Part shown: positions 37,350 to 46,578 of the stretch, piece after piece
Layout of the letters: every line of letters begins with the position of its first letter
Numbering within the stretch: position 1 is the first letter of the stretch
Assembly (NCBI GenBank): GCA_041664225.1
Contig: JBAYLE010000001.1
Span: 4,939-68,938, forward strand
Length of the DNA: 64,000 nt
Direction: 5' to 3'
Source of the DNA: Parcubacteria group bacterium
GTDB lineage: Bacteria > Patescibacteriota > Minisyncoccia > Moranbacterales > UBA2206
Program-made: the position numbers and the translations under genes
Notes under the pieces: model-generated
Databases searched by the model: none
What the model saw: the letters and a program-made list of their open reading frames with translations, nothing else
What the model was told of the DNA's origin: nothing

Positions 37350-38372
37350 ATGAATATTAAAAAAATTGAAGAAAAATTGAAGGAACTGGGTCAGCCGAAT
37401 TTTCGGCTGAAGCAAATTAAGAAAGCCGTTTTTGAGGACGGCGCCTCTTCGTTTTTAGAAATCACAACACTTGCCAAAGATTTACGAGAAAAGCTGGATA
37501 AGGAAATGAAAATTCTTTCATTCGAAGTTGAAAAAGTTTTAGTTGCGAAAGACGGGCAATCAGTAAAGGCTTTGCTAAAATTGCACGATGGAAAAAATAT
37601 TGAAACTGTTTTAATTTCTCCGAAGACCAATGATTGGTCAGTGTGTATTTCCTGCCAGGTCGGCTGTCCGATGAATTGCCGATTTTGTGCAACTGGAAAG
37701 ATGGGCTTCGTCAGAAATTTAACGGCCGAAGAAATAACGGACCAAGTTTTGTTTTGGAAGCAATACATTAAATCGCAGAGTGCAAAATTAACGGACGTCG
37801 TTTATATGGGGATGGGAGAGCCATTTTTAAATTGGGCTCAGGTGAATGAAAGTTTGAAAAACTTAATTGATCCGGAATTGTTTGGTTTTGGCTCAAGAAG
37901 TATTTCAGTTTCGACCGCCGGCATCCCAGAAGGCATTGCCAAATTTGCCGAAGAATTTCCGCAGGTTAATTTGGCAATTTCATTGCATTTTGCAGATGAT
38001 CAGAAGAGAAGTGAATTTATGCCGATCAACAAAAAATATAATTTAGAAGATTTGAAAAAAGCACTGCAAGAATATTTTCGAAAAACGAACCGCAAGGTTT
38101 TCATTGAATATATTCTTTTAGGCAACATCAATGACAGTCGCGAAGACGCGGACAAATTGTCCAGATTTGTAAAATCAATTGGCAAATTACAATTGCTACA
38201 CGTGAACCTGATTCGCTATAATTCGACCGGATCAGAATTAGCGGCTTCTTCCAAGGATCAGGCGGTTAGATTCAAGGATTATCTTCTTGAAAATCATATC
38301 CCTATTACCATCAGAAAAAGTTTGGGCGAAGAAATACAAGGGGCTTGTGGGCAACTAGCCGGAAAAGGATAA
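37350..38372 (+). CDS. rlmN: 23S rRNA/tRNA adenine C2-methyltransferase (radical SAM)
   Basis: CISCQVGCPMNCRFCATG and a C-terminal GxxIxAACGQL. Confidence 0.85.
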   Translation: MNIKKIEEKLKELGQPNFRLKQIKKAVFEDGASSFLEITTLAKDLREKLDKEMKILSFEVEKVLVAKDGQSVKALLKLHDGKNIETVLISPKTNDWSVCISCQVGCPMNCRFCATGKMGFVRNLTAEEITDQVLFWKQYIKSQSAKLTDVVYMGMGEPFLNWAQVNESLKNLIDPELFGFGSRSISVSTAGIPEGIAKFAEEFPQVNLAISLHFADDQKRSEFMPINKKYNLEDLKKALQEYFRKTNRKVFIEYILLGNINDSREDADKLSRFVKSIGKLQLLHVNLIRYNSTGSELAASSKDQAVRFKDYLLENHIPITIRKSLGEEIQGACGQLAGKG

Positions 38373-38603
38373 AAGCTTAAATACTTGCTTTTTCTATTAA
38401 TTTAAACTATATTGGCAACAGGAAAGGAGGGCTGGACATGGGTAGGTCTGGCTTTGTTTTTTTAACAATTTGCTGAAAATTCACTAGGAAAGGAAGGTAA
38501 TGCGGTTGCCGACTAATGGCAGGAGTAACTTTGGTTTAAAAAAGGAAGTGAGAAAAAAGAAAGAAAAATTCAGAAGAAAAATAAAAGAAAGGGGACAGAA
38601 AAA

Positions 38604-39242
38604 ATGCCAAAGACAATAAAGATAAGAAAAGCCATAATCAGTGTTTCCAAGAAGAAGGGCATTGTCGGAATTGCGAAGTTTCTTGAAGAAGCAGGAGCGG
38701 AAATCCTTTCGACAGGAGGGACAGCCAGAGTTTTACGGGATGCGGGAATTTCAGTCAAAGACGTAGCGGAACATACCGGTTCGCCCGAGATGCTCGACGG
38801 CAGAGTGAAGACTCTGCATCCAAAAGTCCATGGAGGGCTGCTTTCAAGAAGAGACAATCCGAAGGACATGGAGGAGATTAAGAAGTACGGAATTGAGCTG
38901 ATAGATTTGGTCATTGTTAATCTGTATCCTTTTGAGGAGACCATAGCGAAACCAGGCGTTACTTTTGCGGAAGCCATCGAGAATATCGATATCGGTGGAC
39001 CCGCTATGCTGCGTTCGGCGTCCAAGAATTTTTGGGACGTTATCGCCATTGTTGATCCGGCAGACTATGAACGGATCATGTTCGAATGGACGACCAACAA
39101 CGACATCTCTTACAAAACCAGGATGGAGCTGGCGCAAAAAGTATTTGCACACACATCCAGGTATGACGGCTTAATCGCGGATTATCTCTCAAGAGCAATC
39201 GCGAAACTGGGCAAACTGGAAGGAGGTTGTCTTGCAGATTAA
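38604..39242 (+). CDS. purH: PurH N-terminal part (IMP cyclohydrolase / MGS-like domain)
   Basis: [36 protein letters not shown]...LHPKVHGG. Ends at the interdomain linker. Confidence 0.7.
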   Translation: MPKTIKIRKAIISVSKKKGIVGIAKFLEEAGAEILSTGGTARVLRDAGISVKDVAEHTGSPEMLDGRVKTLHPKVHGGLLSRRDNPKDMEEIKKYGIELIDLVIVNLYPFEETIAKPGVTFAEAIENIDIGGPAMLRSASKNFWDVIAIVDPADYERIMFEWTTNNDISYKTRMELAQKVFAHTSRYDGLIADYLSRAIAKLGKLEGGCLAD

Positions 39243-40521
39243 GACAATGTATAAAACCCTGATGGATGACCATTTCCCCAGCACGATCGTCATCAGTTTC
39301 GACGGAAAATCTTTGGTTTACAAAAAAAGAACCTGGAAGATTCCGGATGAAAAAACTGGCGAGCTGATTGAAAAGGGGTTGCGTTATGGCGAAAACCCCG
39401 GCCAGGAAGCGGCGCTGTATGAGCTCCTAAGCGGAAACTTGATACTTGGTGACTGTGCGTTTATCACTCCCAAGAACGGTTTAGTGAGCGCTATTACTGA
39501 TGAAGACATGATCCAGGCCGGAAAACATCCGGGGAAAACAAATTTGACGGACATTGACAACGGATTGAATATCATGAAGTTTCTGATGGACAGGCCGGCG
39601 GCGGCCATTATGAAACACAACAACCCGTGCGGAGTCGCGGAAAACGAGACGCTGCTTGGTGCTTATGATAAAGCGAATATGGCGGACCGCATTGCGGCTT
39701 TCGGAGGCTGTCTGGTTGTTAACAGGGCGATGGATAAACAAACAGCAGAATTTGTGAGCCGGAACTATTTGGAGGTTGTCTGCGCTCCGGATTTTGAAGA
39801 GGGATCAATTGAGATTCTGTCAAAACGCAAAAATCTCAGGATTGTAAAGATTCCGGGAATTTGTAAGCTCGAAAAATATCAGGACCTGCGTTTTTTGGAT
39901 TTCAAATCTCTTATCGATGGTGGCTTCATCGTGCAACAGTCACCGATCAATAAGATAAGAACCAAGGAAGATTTCCTGCCTGCAAAAACAACTTATAAGG
40001 AAAAGGAATACGCTATCGAAAGGCAGCCGACCGATAGAGAATTGGAGGACATGCTTTTTGGATGGAATGTGGAGCAGGGGATCACATCCAATTCAGTCAT
40101 TTATGTGAAAGACGGCGCTACCGTTGGTATCGGCACCGGTGAACAAGACAGAGTAGGCGTGGCCGAGATCGCGGTCATAAAAGCTTATACAAAATATGCG
40201 GACGCCATATGTTTCAGAATTCATGGCATGTCGTATAAGAAGTATGAGCTTAAAGTCAAACGGGGAGAAGGAGATGCGGCATCATTAGGAGAGATAGACA
40301 GAGTGACAAAAATGCAAAAGGGTGGACTAATCCGCTCTATAATGATCTCTGATGCTTTCTTTCCGTTCAGGGATGGAGTCGATGTCGGCATCAAGGAGGG
40401 GATTTCCGGCATAGTAAATCCCGGTGGGTCAGAAAGGGATTTTGAATCCATTGTCGCCTGCAACGAAGCGGAACCGAAGGTAACGATGGTGTTTACGGGG
40501 CAAAGGGCCTTCAAACACTAA
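39232..40521 (+). CDS. purH: PurH C-terminal part (AICAR transformylase domain), +1 frame, TTG start preceded by GGAAGGAGG
   Basis: [14 protein letters not shown]...[18 protein letters not shown]. Overlaps the upstream ORF by 11 nt. Confidence 0.65.
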   Translation: MQIKTMYKTLMDDHFPSTIVISFDGKSLVYKKRTWKIPDEKTGELIEKGLRYGENPGQEAALYELLSGNLILGDCAFITPKNGLVSAITDEDMIQAGKHPGKTNLTDIDNGLNIMKFLMDRPAAAIMKHNNPCGVAENETLLGAYDKANMADRIAAFGGCLVVNRAMDKQTAEFVSRNYLEVVCAPDFEEGSIEILSKRKNLRIVKIPGICKLEKYQDLRFLDFKSLIDGGFIVQQSPINKIRTKEDFLPAKTTYKEKEYAIERQPTDRELEDMLFGWNVEQGITSNSVIYVKDGATVGIGTGEQDRVGVAEIAVIKAYTKYADAICFRIHGMSYKKYELKVKRGEGDAASLGEIDRVTKMQKGGLIRSIMISDAFFPFRDGVDVGIKEGISGIVNPGGSERDFESIVACNEAEPKVTMVFTGQRAFKH

Positions 40522-40548
40522 AACAAAAGTACTTTTTTACGAACACGT

Positions 40549-40578
40549 GGGGCGAGGTTTTATATCTCGCCCTTTTTA
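40549..40578 (+). terminator. Rho-independent terminator (ggggcgag/ctcgccc stem plus T5)
   Basis: ggggcgaggttttatatctcgccctttttat. Confidence 0.7.
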
Positions 40579-40589
40579 TATCTCCAAAG

Positions 40590-40598
40590 TTATCCACA
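40590..40598 (+). promoter_or_regulatory. Perfect DnaA-box 9-mer TTATCCACA (within the longer AAAGTTATCCACAG), 19 nt upstream of a -35
   Basis: Exact match to the E. coli R1/R4-type consensus. Confidence 0.45.
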
Positions 40599-40616
40599 GT
40601 TTCAATTTTTACCTTA

Positions 40617-40645
40617 TTGACGGGAAAATTTTAAATTTGTATAAT
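40617..40645 (+). promoter_or_regulatory. Consensus sigma70 promoter TTGACG-17-TATAAT
   Basis: ttgacgggaaaattttaaatttgtataat. Confidence 0.65.
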
Positions 40646-40780
40646 AAGAGCAAGTAGTTTAACAATGTAAACCAGTACAGATCAATGTATCTGTACCCGG
40701 TTCTCCCAAAAAGGAGGCTGCCTATGGGACTTGTTTGAGAGTTTCTGAAAAGCATTTTTTAATCTCAAGAGGGAGTTTTT

Positions 40781-41272
40781 ATGAAGAAGGAATTCACACT
40801 TCTCATTGTTGTTTCATTGATTCTCGGACTCGTGGGTTTTTCAACCGCCTTTGCAACAACTCCGTCGACCGAAAACCAGAATCCATTTTCCCAGCAGATA
40901 ATGACGGCATATGAAGGCGTGACAAAAGCAGCAATCAACGGACAGACCATCGACACTGCATATTCGATAAGCGCAGGCAAGGTGGAGGCACAGAAGATCG
41001 AGGTTCAAAAAACGGGTAAGGCAGAAACAAAAGCACCTTTGGAAATCGTGGCGGCTGAACATGTACCGAAATATACCCTGAATAGAAGTGAAGGTACCGC
41101 GGCCGAGGCAAATTACATTGTGATAAAATCCGAGATGGATATTGGCGGAATGGGCGGAATCGCTCTCATTGCGTGGCAAAACGGAGGTGGTCCCACTGTA
41201 GGAACGGCGCAGATGGCAATCGCAATCAGAAATACATGGGCCCACACTGACGCCGGATTTGTACTCGTTTAA
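40781..41272 (+). CDS. Secreted protein of unknown function (signal peptide; Gly/Ala-rich C-terminal part)
   Basis: Lipoprotein-like signal MKKEFTLLIVVSLILGLVGFSTAFA. GGGAGT SD. GC-richer codon usage. Confidence 0.5.
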   Translation: MKKEFTLLIVVSLILGLVGFSTAFATTPSTENQNPFSQQIMTAYEGVTKAAINGQTIDTAYSISAGKVEAQKIEVQKTGKAETKAPLEIVAAEHVPKYTLNRSEGTAAEANYIVIKSEMDIGGMGGIALIAWQNGGGPTVGTAQMAIAIRNTWAHTDAGFVLV

Positions 41273-41357
41273 TACGATATGGCTGCAAAAGTAAATAAGT
41301 TAATCACTCTCGATTTGGATGTTTAACACATCATCCTCCTCGTTCTCACTTTTTAAA

Positions 41358-41404
41358 GCCTCTGGTTTTGCTTAACAGCGATCTTCACCAGAGGCTTTTT
41401 TATT
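41358..41404 (+). terminator. Rho-independent terminator (gcctctgg/ccagaggc stem, long loop, T9)
   Basis: gcctctggttttgcttaacagcgatcttcaccagaggcttttttattt. Confidence 0.55.
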
Positions 41405-41534
41405 TATTAAATTTCTTATAAAATTAGTTAAATTAAGGACCAAAGCGGATAGTTTATTGTCTGTTTGGGTGAGTGAATTTGGGGCTGGCGGAGGAGAGGA
41501 TTTTGGATTATACTAATTGGACTGAAAAGAAAAT

Positions 41535-43379
41535 ATGAAAAAAATATTAGATTCAGTCAATTTTCCCCAGGATATAAGAAATATTTCAGAGGACAAGTTG
41601 CCGCAACTTTGCTCGGAGGTGCGGGATTTTTTAATTGATAGTATTTCACGAACCGGCGGTCATTTTGGATCAAATCTGGGCGTGGTTGAGCTAACGGTCG
41701 CAATTCACCGGGTTTTTGATACCCCCAGAGACTTGCTGATTTGGGATGTAGGGCACCAAGCTTATCCGCACAAAATTTTGACTGGTCGCAAAGATCGGAT
41801 GGATACTATCAGAAAAAAAGGAGGACTGGCGCCTTTCCCCAAAAGAGAAGAGAGCGAATATGATCCTTTGAGCGTTGGTCATTCGGGCACCTCGATCAGT
41901 GCGGCCACAGGGATGGCGATTGCCAATAGAAATAAAAAAAATGCGCCACAGGTAGTGGCCGTGATTGGGGACGGGGCTCTCACGGGCGGAATGGCTTTTG
42001 AAGCGCTTGATCATGCGGGAGATGTCGGAGCGAATATCCTTGTGATTCTTAATGATAACAAGATGTCGATTTCGCCTAATGTGGGCAGTATGGGTAAGTA
42101 TCTAACGCGTCTGATTTCATCGCCAACGTATGTGCAATTGCGCGAGAGGGGAAGGGAAATACTCAGCAGTGTTCCGACCATCAAGAAACTTATACGCCGG
42201 GCCGAAGTCCAAACGAAAGGGATCATCACACCCGGAACGCTTTTTGAAGAATTAGGTTTTGATTATTATGGACCGATTGATGGGCATGATGTCAAGACAC
42301 TAGTGGAAGTTCTCACAAATCTCAAAAAAATCAAAGGTCCGAGATTTTTACACGTTATAACTACGAAAGGAAAGGGGTATGTGCCGGCGGAAGTCGATGA
42401 ATTTTCTTTGCATGCAGTAAAACCTTTTGACCCGGTTACAGGCAAAAAAAATGAAAACCAGAAAAAGGGCATAACTTTTACCAATGTTTTTTCTGATTGG
42501 ATATGCGATGCGGCAGAAAAAGATGTTCGGTTGCATGCTATTACACCGGCAATGTGTGACGGATCGGGGCTAGTTGAATTTAGCAAAAAATTTCCCAAGC
42601 GTTATCATGACGTTGGCATTGCCGAACAACACGCGGTAACTTTTGCGGCGGGTCTGGCTTGCGAGAGGAAAAAACCGGTGGTGGCAATTTATTCCACGTT
42701 TTTACAGCGGGCTTATGACCAACTGATCCATGATGTGGCGCTGCAAAATTTGAGCGTGCTTTTTGCCATTGATCGGGCCGGAGTGGTGGGGCAAGACGGC
42801 GCGACGCACGCCGGAAACTTGGATCTTTCGTTTATGCGGGCGGTTCCTAATTTAGTCATCATGGCGCCGGCAAATGAGAATGAATGTTATTCAATGTTAG
42901 AGGCGGGATACAAATATGATGGTCCAGTGGCGGTGAGATATCCAAGAGGCGGCAGCGGTGAAGAATATGACAAAAATAAATGCGAACCGATAGAAATTGG
43001 GAAAGCCAAGATAATCAGAGAGGGAGAAAAGGTTGCGATTTTGGCTTTTGGAACGATGGTGGGCAAAACAAAAAAAGCGGCTGAAAAATTAAACGCCACT
43101 TTGGTGAATATGCGATTTGTAAAACCACTGGACGAAGACCTTTTACGAGAGCTTGCGAAATCGCACGAATATTTTGTGACGGTTGAAGATAATGTTGTCG
43201 CCGGCGGTGCGGGCAGTGCGGTCAATGAATTTGTTTTCAGTGCCGGGCTAAAAGTGGCCGTGAAAAATATCGGACTTCCGGATAAATTTCTGGAACATGG
43301 GACGCGTGAAGAAATCCTGTCCGAATTTGGGCTGGACGAAGATAGTATCCTAAAGATAGTTTCTGATTTTGCTAAATAA
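41535..43379 (+). CDS. dxs: 1-deoxy-D-xylulose-5-phosphate synthase
   Basis: GGHFGSNLGVVELTVAIHRVFD, a TPP-binding GDG, and a transketolase-like C-terminal domain. Confidence 0.8.
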   Translation: MKKILDSVNFPQDIRNISEDKLPQLCSEVRDFLIDSISRTGGHFGSNLGVVELTVAIHRVFDTPRDLLIWDVGHQAYPHKILTGRKDRMDTIRKKGGLAPFPKREESEYDPLSVGHSGTSISAATGMAIANRNKKNAPQVVAVIGDGALTGGMAFEALDHAGDVGANILVILNDNKMSISPNVGSMGKYLTRLISSPTYVQLRERGREILSSVPTIKKLIRRAEVQTKGIITPGTLFEELGFDYYGPIDGHDVKTLVEVLTNLKKIKGPRFLHVITTKGKGYVPAEVDEFSLHAVKPFDPVTGKKNENQKKGITFTNVFSDWICDAAEKDVRLHAITPAMCDGSGLVEFSKKFPKRYHDVGIAEQHAVTFAAGLACERKKPVVAIYSTFLQRAYDQLIHDVALQNLSVLFAIDRAGVVGQDGATHAGNLDLSFMRAVPNLVIMAPANENECYSMLEAGYKYDGPVAVRYPRGGSGEEYDKNKCEPIEIGKAKIIREGEKVAILAFGTMVGKTKKAAEKLNATLVNMRFVKPLDEDLLRELAKSHEYFVTVEDNVVAGGAGSAVNEFVFSAGLKVAVKNIGLPDKFLEHGTREEILSEFGLDEDSILKIVSDFAK

Positions 43380-44976
43380 GACTCTTTACCATATAAGTAT
43401 TCTTCAATTTATATCCAAGTTTGCGGTAGTAATTTCGAACACCCACGCCCGATATTACTACAATTTTGTTTAGGCCGAATTCTTTTTTGGCGATGCGCTC
43501 CGCTTCTTGCATCAGTTTTTTGCCGAGGCCGATATGCTGAGGTGATTTTTTATCCTGTTTATTTATCTCTGTCATTTTTCCGTAAGTGTGCACCTCGCGA
43601 ACAAGGGCGACACTTGGAAGCTCGGCTTCCAAGCTGGGAATGCGCAGACGCAAAAGGGCAAATAATTTTTTCTTGTCCGGCGAAACATACTGCAAGAATA
43701 TTTCCTGGCCATCTGAAGCGGGATAATCAATCCGGTCTAAAATTATTTTTTCATTTATTTTATAATCCGCTCCGACTTCCCGGCAGCGGATACAAGGGCA
43801 GTTGGATTTTCCGGCGATCATTTGGCGGAGATTAGAAAGTGTCGGTCCAGCTACTATGGAAGTGGCGGGCACGTCGCGTACCAGTCGTGAAATTCTCATG
43901 TAGGGCGGAATAATTTTGTTTTTCACTTGCAAAATAAATTTTTCAAATTGCTTGTCGGTCAGCGGTTTATAAGATCCTTTTTTCCAAAAATTATAGAGCG
44001 CGCTGTTTCTGACCACGACTGTCGGATAAATTTTTAGCATATCCGGCTGAAAGTCTGGATTGGAAAATAATTCCCGAAACATTTTGTGGTCTTTTTTTAA
44101 ATTTGATCCCGGAAGGCCGGGCATAATGTGATAATTAATTTTAAATCCAGCGTCTTTCAGTAATTTCGTGGCCTCAATAGTTTTTTGGACGCCGTGCCCG
44201 CGCTTGTTGATTTTCAACACATCATCAAAAATACTTTGCACCCCAAGTTCTACACGGGTCGCGCCCAATTTTCTGAAATTCAAAATTTCTTCTTCATCGA
44301 TATAATCCGGTCTAGTTTCCAGTGTCAAACCGACAATTCGATGTCTGGCCTTTTCGTTTATTTTTTGTTCACTTAATAAATAATTAACTTTGAACTTTGC
44401 ATTTTTAACTTTTAACTTCCTGGGGTAGTCATTACACGCGCGAAAACATTCAGTGATGAATTTTAGCTGATAAGATTTTGGTAAATAGGAAAATGTTCCG
44501 CCCATAACAATCAGCTCGATTTTGTCTGTTTTGTGGCCATTGAGTTCAAGCGAGCGCAGGCGATTCCAAGCTTGAAGATACGGATTGAATTTGGAAGCGA
44601 TGGCTCGCATTACTGCTGGTTCATTGGATAGATAGCTCTTAGGCATGTCTTTTTCAGTGGGGCAATAGAGGCACTTTCCTGGACAAGGATAGGCCTTGGT
44701 CAGCACGGCGACAATAGCGACGCCGGATTGGGTGCGGATTTTACGACTTTGGAGCACTTCCTCAAACTTGATATTCCGCTCTATTTTCCCAGCCTTGATC
44801 ATTTTTTCATAATGCTCTCGTAAATCAGCGTTGGTCGGCAGGGGAAGCTGTAGCACGCCTGAAATTTCTTTCTTTAAACTTAAAAAAACTTCCGAGTTTT
44901 TTGGGACTTTATTAGTTGCTAGTTTTATGAAATTATCGTAGGCTATGTTCATGGAAAAAGAAACTATTGAAAACAT
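43372..44976 (-). CDS. elp3: Elp3-family radical-SAM/GNAT protein (tRNA U34 carboxymethyluridine synthase homolog)
   Basis: Radical SAM Cys cluster (CPGKCLYCP) and C-terminal GNAT domain (QHIGLGKKLMQEAERIAKKEFGL). The start may instead be the ATG at 44952. Confidence 0.75.
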   Translation of the reverse strand: MFSIVSFSMNIAYDNFIKLATNKVPKNSEVFLSLKKEISGVLQLPLPTNADLREHYEKMIKAGKIERNIKFEEVLQSRKIRTQSGVAIVAVLTKAYPCPGKCLYCPTEKDMPKSYLSNEPAVMRAIASKFNPYLQAWNRLRSLELNGHKTDKIELIVMGGTFSYLPKSYQLKFITECFRACNDYPRKLKVKNAKFKVNYLLSEQKINEKARHRIVGLTLETRPDYIDEEEILNFRKLGATRVELGVQSIFDDVLKINKRGHGVQKTIEATKLLKDAGFKINYHIMPGLPGSNLKKDHKMFRELFSNPDFQPDMLKIYPTVVVRNSALYNFWKKGSYKPLTDKQFEKFILQVKNKIIPPYMRISRLVRDVPATSIVAGPTLSNLRQMIAGKSNCPCIRCREVGADYKINEKIILDRIDYPASDGQEIFLQYVSPDKKKLFALLRLRIPSLEAELPSVALVREVHTYGKMTEINKQDKKSPQHIGLGKKLMQEAERIAKKEFGLNKIVVISGVGVRNYYRKLGYKLKNTYMVKSLI

Positions 44977-45646
44977 ATTGAAGGAGACTGAAACTGGCTA
45001 TGATCTGATGGCGGATAAATTTTCGGAAACTCGGAATTTTTTTTGGCGCGGAATGGAATTTATCGGAGATTATGCCAAAACGGACGATAAGATTCTTGAT
45101 TTTGGTTGTGGTAATGGCCGGTTGTTAGAGCTATTTCAAGACAAAAAAATTGATTATACTGGTGTGGATGTTTCCCAAAAACTCCTTGATTTAGCCAAAA
45201 ACAAATATCCGGCAGAAAGTATAAGCTTTTTGAAAATCGATCCTAGCCAACAAAGCTTACCATTTGAAGATGATTTTTTCAATAGCTCGTACTCGATCGC
45301 GGTTTTTCATCATTTGCCTGCGGAGCACGCGGAAAAAATGGTCCAGGAACTGCATCGGATCACTAAGCCCGGAGGTTATATAATTGTCACCGCTTGGAAT
45401 CTGTGGCAGAAACAATATCTCAAAAACATTTTGAAAAATTGGCTGGAAAAAATATCTGGAAAATCCAATTTGGATTGGAATGATTGTTATATCACTTTTA
45501 AGAATAATCAGGGTGAGACTTTCCATCGCTATCACCATGCTTTCACAGGAGGGGAGCTGGAAAAAATGTTCGAAAAAGCCGGCTTTAAAACGAAAAAATG
45601 CCAAATTGTCAGTGGTAAAAACATAGTTTTTATCGGTAAAAAGTGA
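44945..45646 (+). CDS. Class I SAM-dependent methyltransferase (Trm9/UbiE-like)
   Basis: Motif I ILDFGCGNGRLLELF. Divergent from elp3 with overlapping start codons. Confidence 0.7.
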   Translation: MFMEKETIENILKETETGYDLMADKFSETRNFFWRGMEFIGDYAKTDDKILDFGCGNGRLLELFQDKKIDYTGVDVSQKLLDLAKNKYPAESISFLKIDPSQQSLPFEDDFFNSSYSIAVFHHLPAEHAEKMVQELHRITKPGGYIIVTAWNLWQKQYLKNILKNWLEKISGKSNLDWNDCYITFKNNQGETFHRYHHAFTGGELEKMFEKAGFKTKKCQIVSGKNIVFIGKK

Positions 45647-45655
45647 ATTAAAAAG

Positions 45656-45664
45656 TTATCCACA
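45656..45664 (+). promoter_or_regulatory. Perfect DnaA-box 9-mer TTATCCACA, 10 nt upstream of the lexA -35
   Basis: aaaagttatccacaagc. Confidence 0.45.
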
Positions 45665-45673
45665 AGCGGGGAT

Positions 45674-45731
45674 TTGACAAGTATTTGTATAGTGATATAC
45701 TATCAGTATAATTAATAAATTATATCACTAT
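45674..45731 (+). promoter_or_regulatory. lexA promoter (TTGACA ... TATAAT) overlapped by palindromes that could be a LexA operator
   Basis: ATAGTGATATA at 45689-45699 and its reverse complement TATATCACTAT at 45721-45731. The inner palindrome TGATAtacTATCA lies at 45693-45705. Confidence 0.45.
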
Positions 45732-46398
45732 GGAATCATTAACATCGAAACAAAATACTGTCCTGGAAACCATTCGCGAAATTATTAACACAGGCAAAGA
45801 AAATCCAACCGCTTATCGTGTGCATAAACATCTGGAAGAAAGAGGGGTAGAGGTAGGCAGTCTCAAAGGCACAGTCCAGGTGATTGAGGCGCTGGAGAAA
45901 AAGGACCTGCTCAAGAGAGATAAAAGTAAAAAAATCTATCTGGTGGAAAATGAGAATTACGCCGATTTGGGTAATATTTTTTCTATTCCGATGTATGGGC
46001 TGGCTTCTTGCGGTGAGGCGCTGGCATATGCTGACGATACTAATGTTGATGGCTATCTGCAAATTTCCAAAAGTCTTTTTCGCCAAAACGACCCGGCGCA
46101 GTTGTTTGCGGTCAAAGCCTTGGGGGACTCCATGGATAAAGAAGAAATCAATGATGGAGATTATGTGGTTTTTGAAAAGTGCGAACAGGGAAATGATTTT
46201 GAGGGCAAAATTGTAGTTGCAGTTATTAATGGCATGGCGACAATCAAGCGGTATAAAAAATTGAAGCATGGCATCATCGGATTGTTCCCGCACTCAAGCA
46301 ACAAGATACATCAGCCGATCTATCTGGACGAATCGGACTCAATTCTCATTGCTGGCGTCTTCCGAAAAGTCTTGCCAGTGGCGTATGTGAGTTTATAA
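45730..46398 (+). CDS. lexA: LexA repressor (S24 peptidase)
   Basis: N-terminal winged HTH, an AxG cleavage-site region, and the Ser-Lys dyad (GDSM ... KRYKK). Confidence 0.8.
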   Translation: MESLTSKQNTVLETIREIINTGKENPTAYRVHKHLEERGVEVGSLKGTVQVIEALEKKDLLKRDKSKKIYLVENENYADLGNIFSIPMYGLASCGEALAYADDTNVDGYLQISKSLFRQNDPAQLFAVKALGDSMDKEEINDGDYVVFEKCEQGNDFEGKIVVAVINGMATIKRYKKLKHGIIGLFPHSSNKIHQPIYLDESDSILIAGVFRKVLPVAYVSL

Positions 46399-46402
46399 AA
46401 TC

Positions 46403-46411
46403 TGTGGATAA
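46403..46411 (-). promoter_or_regulatory. Perfect DnaA-box 9-mer (reverse orientation) about 50 nt upstream of the nrdR promoter
   Basis: Forward strand reads ctgtggataacttt, which is the reverse complement of AAAGTTATCCACAG. Confidence 0.45.
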
Positions 46412-46461
46412 CTTTTGAAAATCTGAAAAAAATCTAGGAAAATCCGCCGGTTTGCAACATC

Positions 46462-46489
46462 TTGGCGGATTTTTCAATTGTGGTATAAT
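46462..46489 (+). promoter_or_regulatory. Promoter with an extended -10 (TTGGCG-16-TGgTATAAT) for the nrdR-nrdD operon
   Basis: ttggcggatttttcaattgtggtataat. Confidence 0.5.
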
Positions 46490-46578
46490 GACATTAATAT
46501 ATACAATATGTAGTATAAAAAGTTTATCCCGGCACAAATTTTTCTTAAGTTCTGGGATAATATTTTTGAGAAAAATCC

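Noticed and set aside
38570-39049. Minus-strand 159-aa ORF
   Set aside because: Antisense shadow of purH, which has clear homology on the plus strand.
46492-46515. NrdR box upstream of nrdR (ATACAATATGTAGTAT)
   Set aside because: Only about 12/16 match to the acaCwAtATaTwGtgt consensus and no tandem partner about 31 bp away. Too weak to call.
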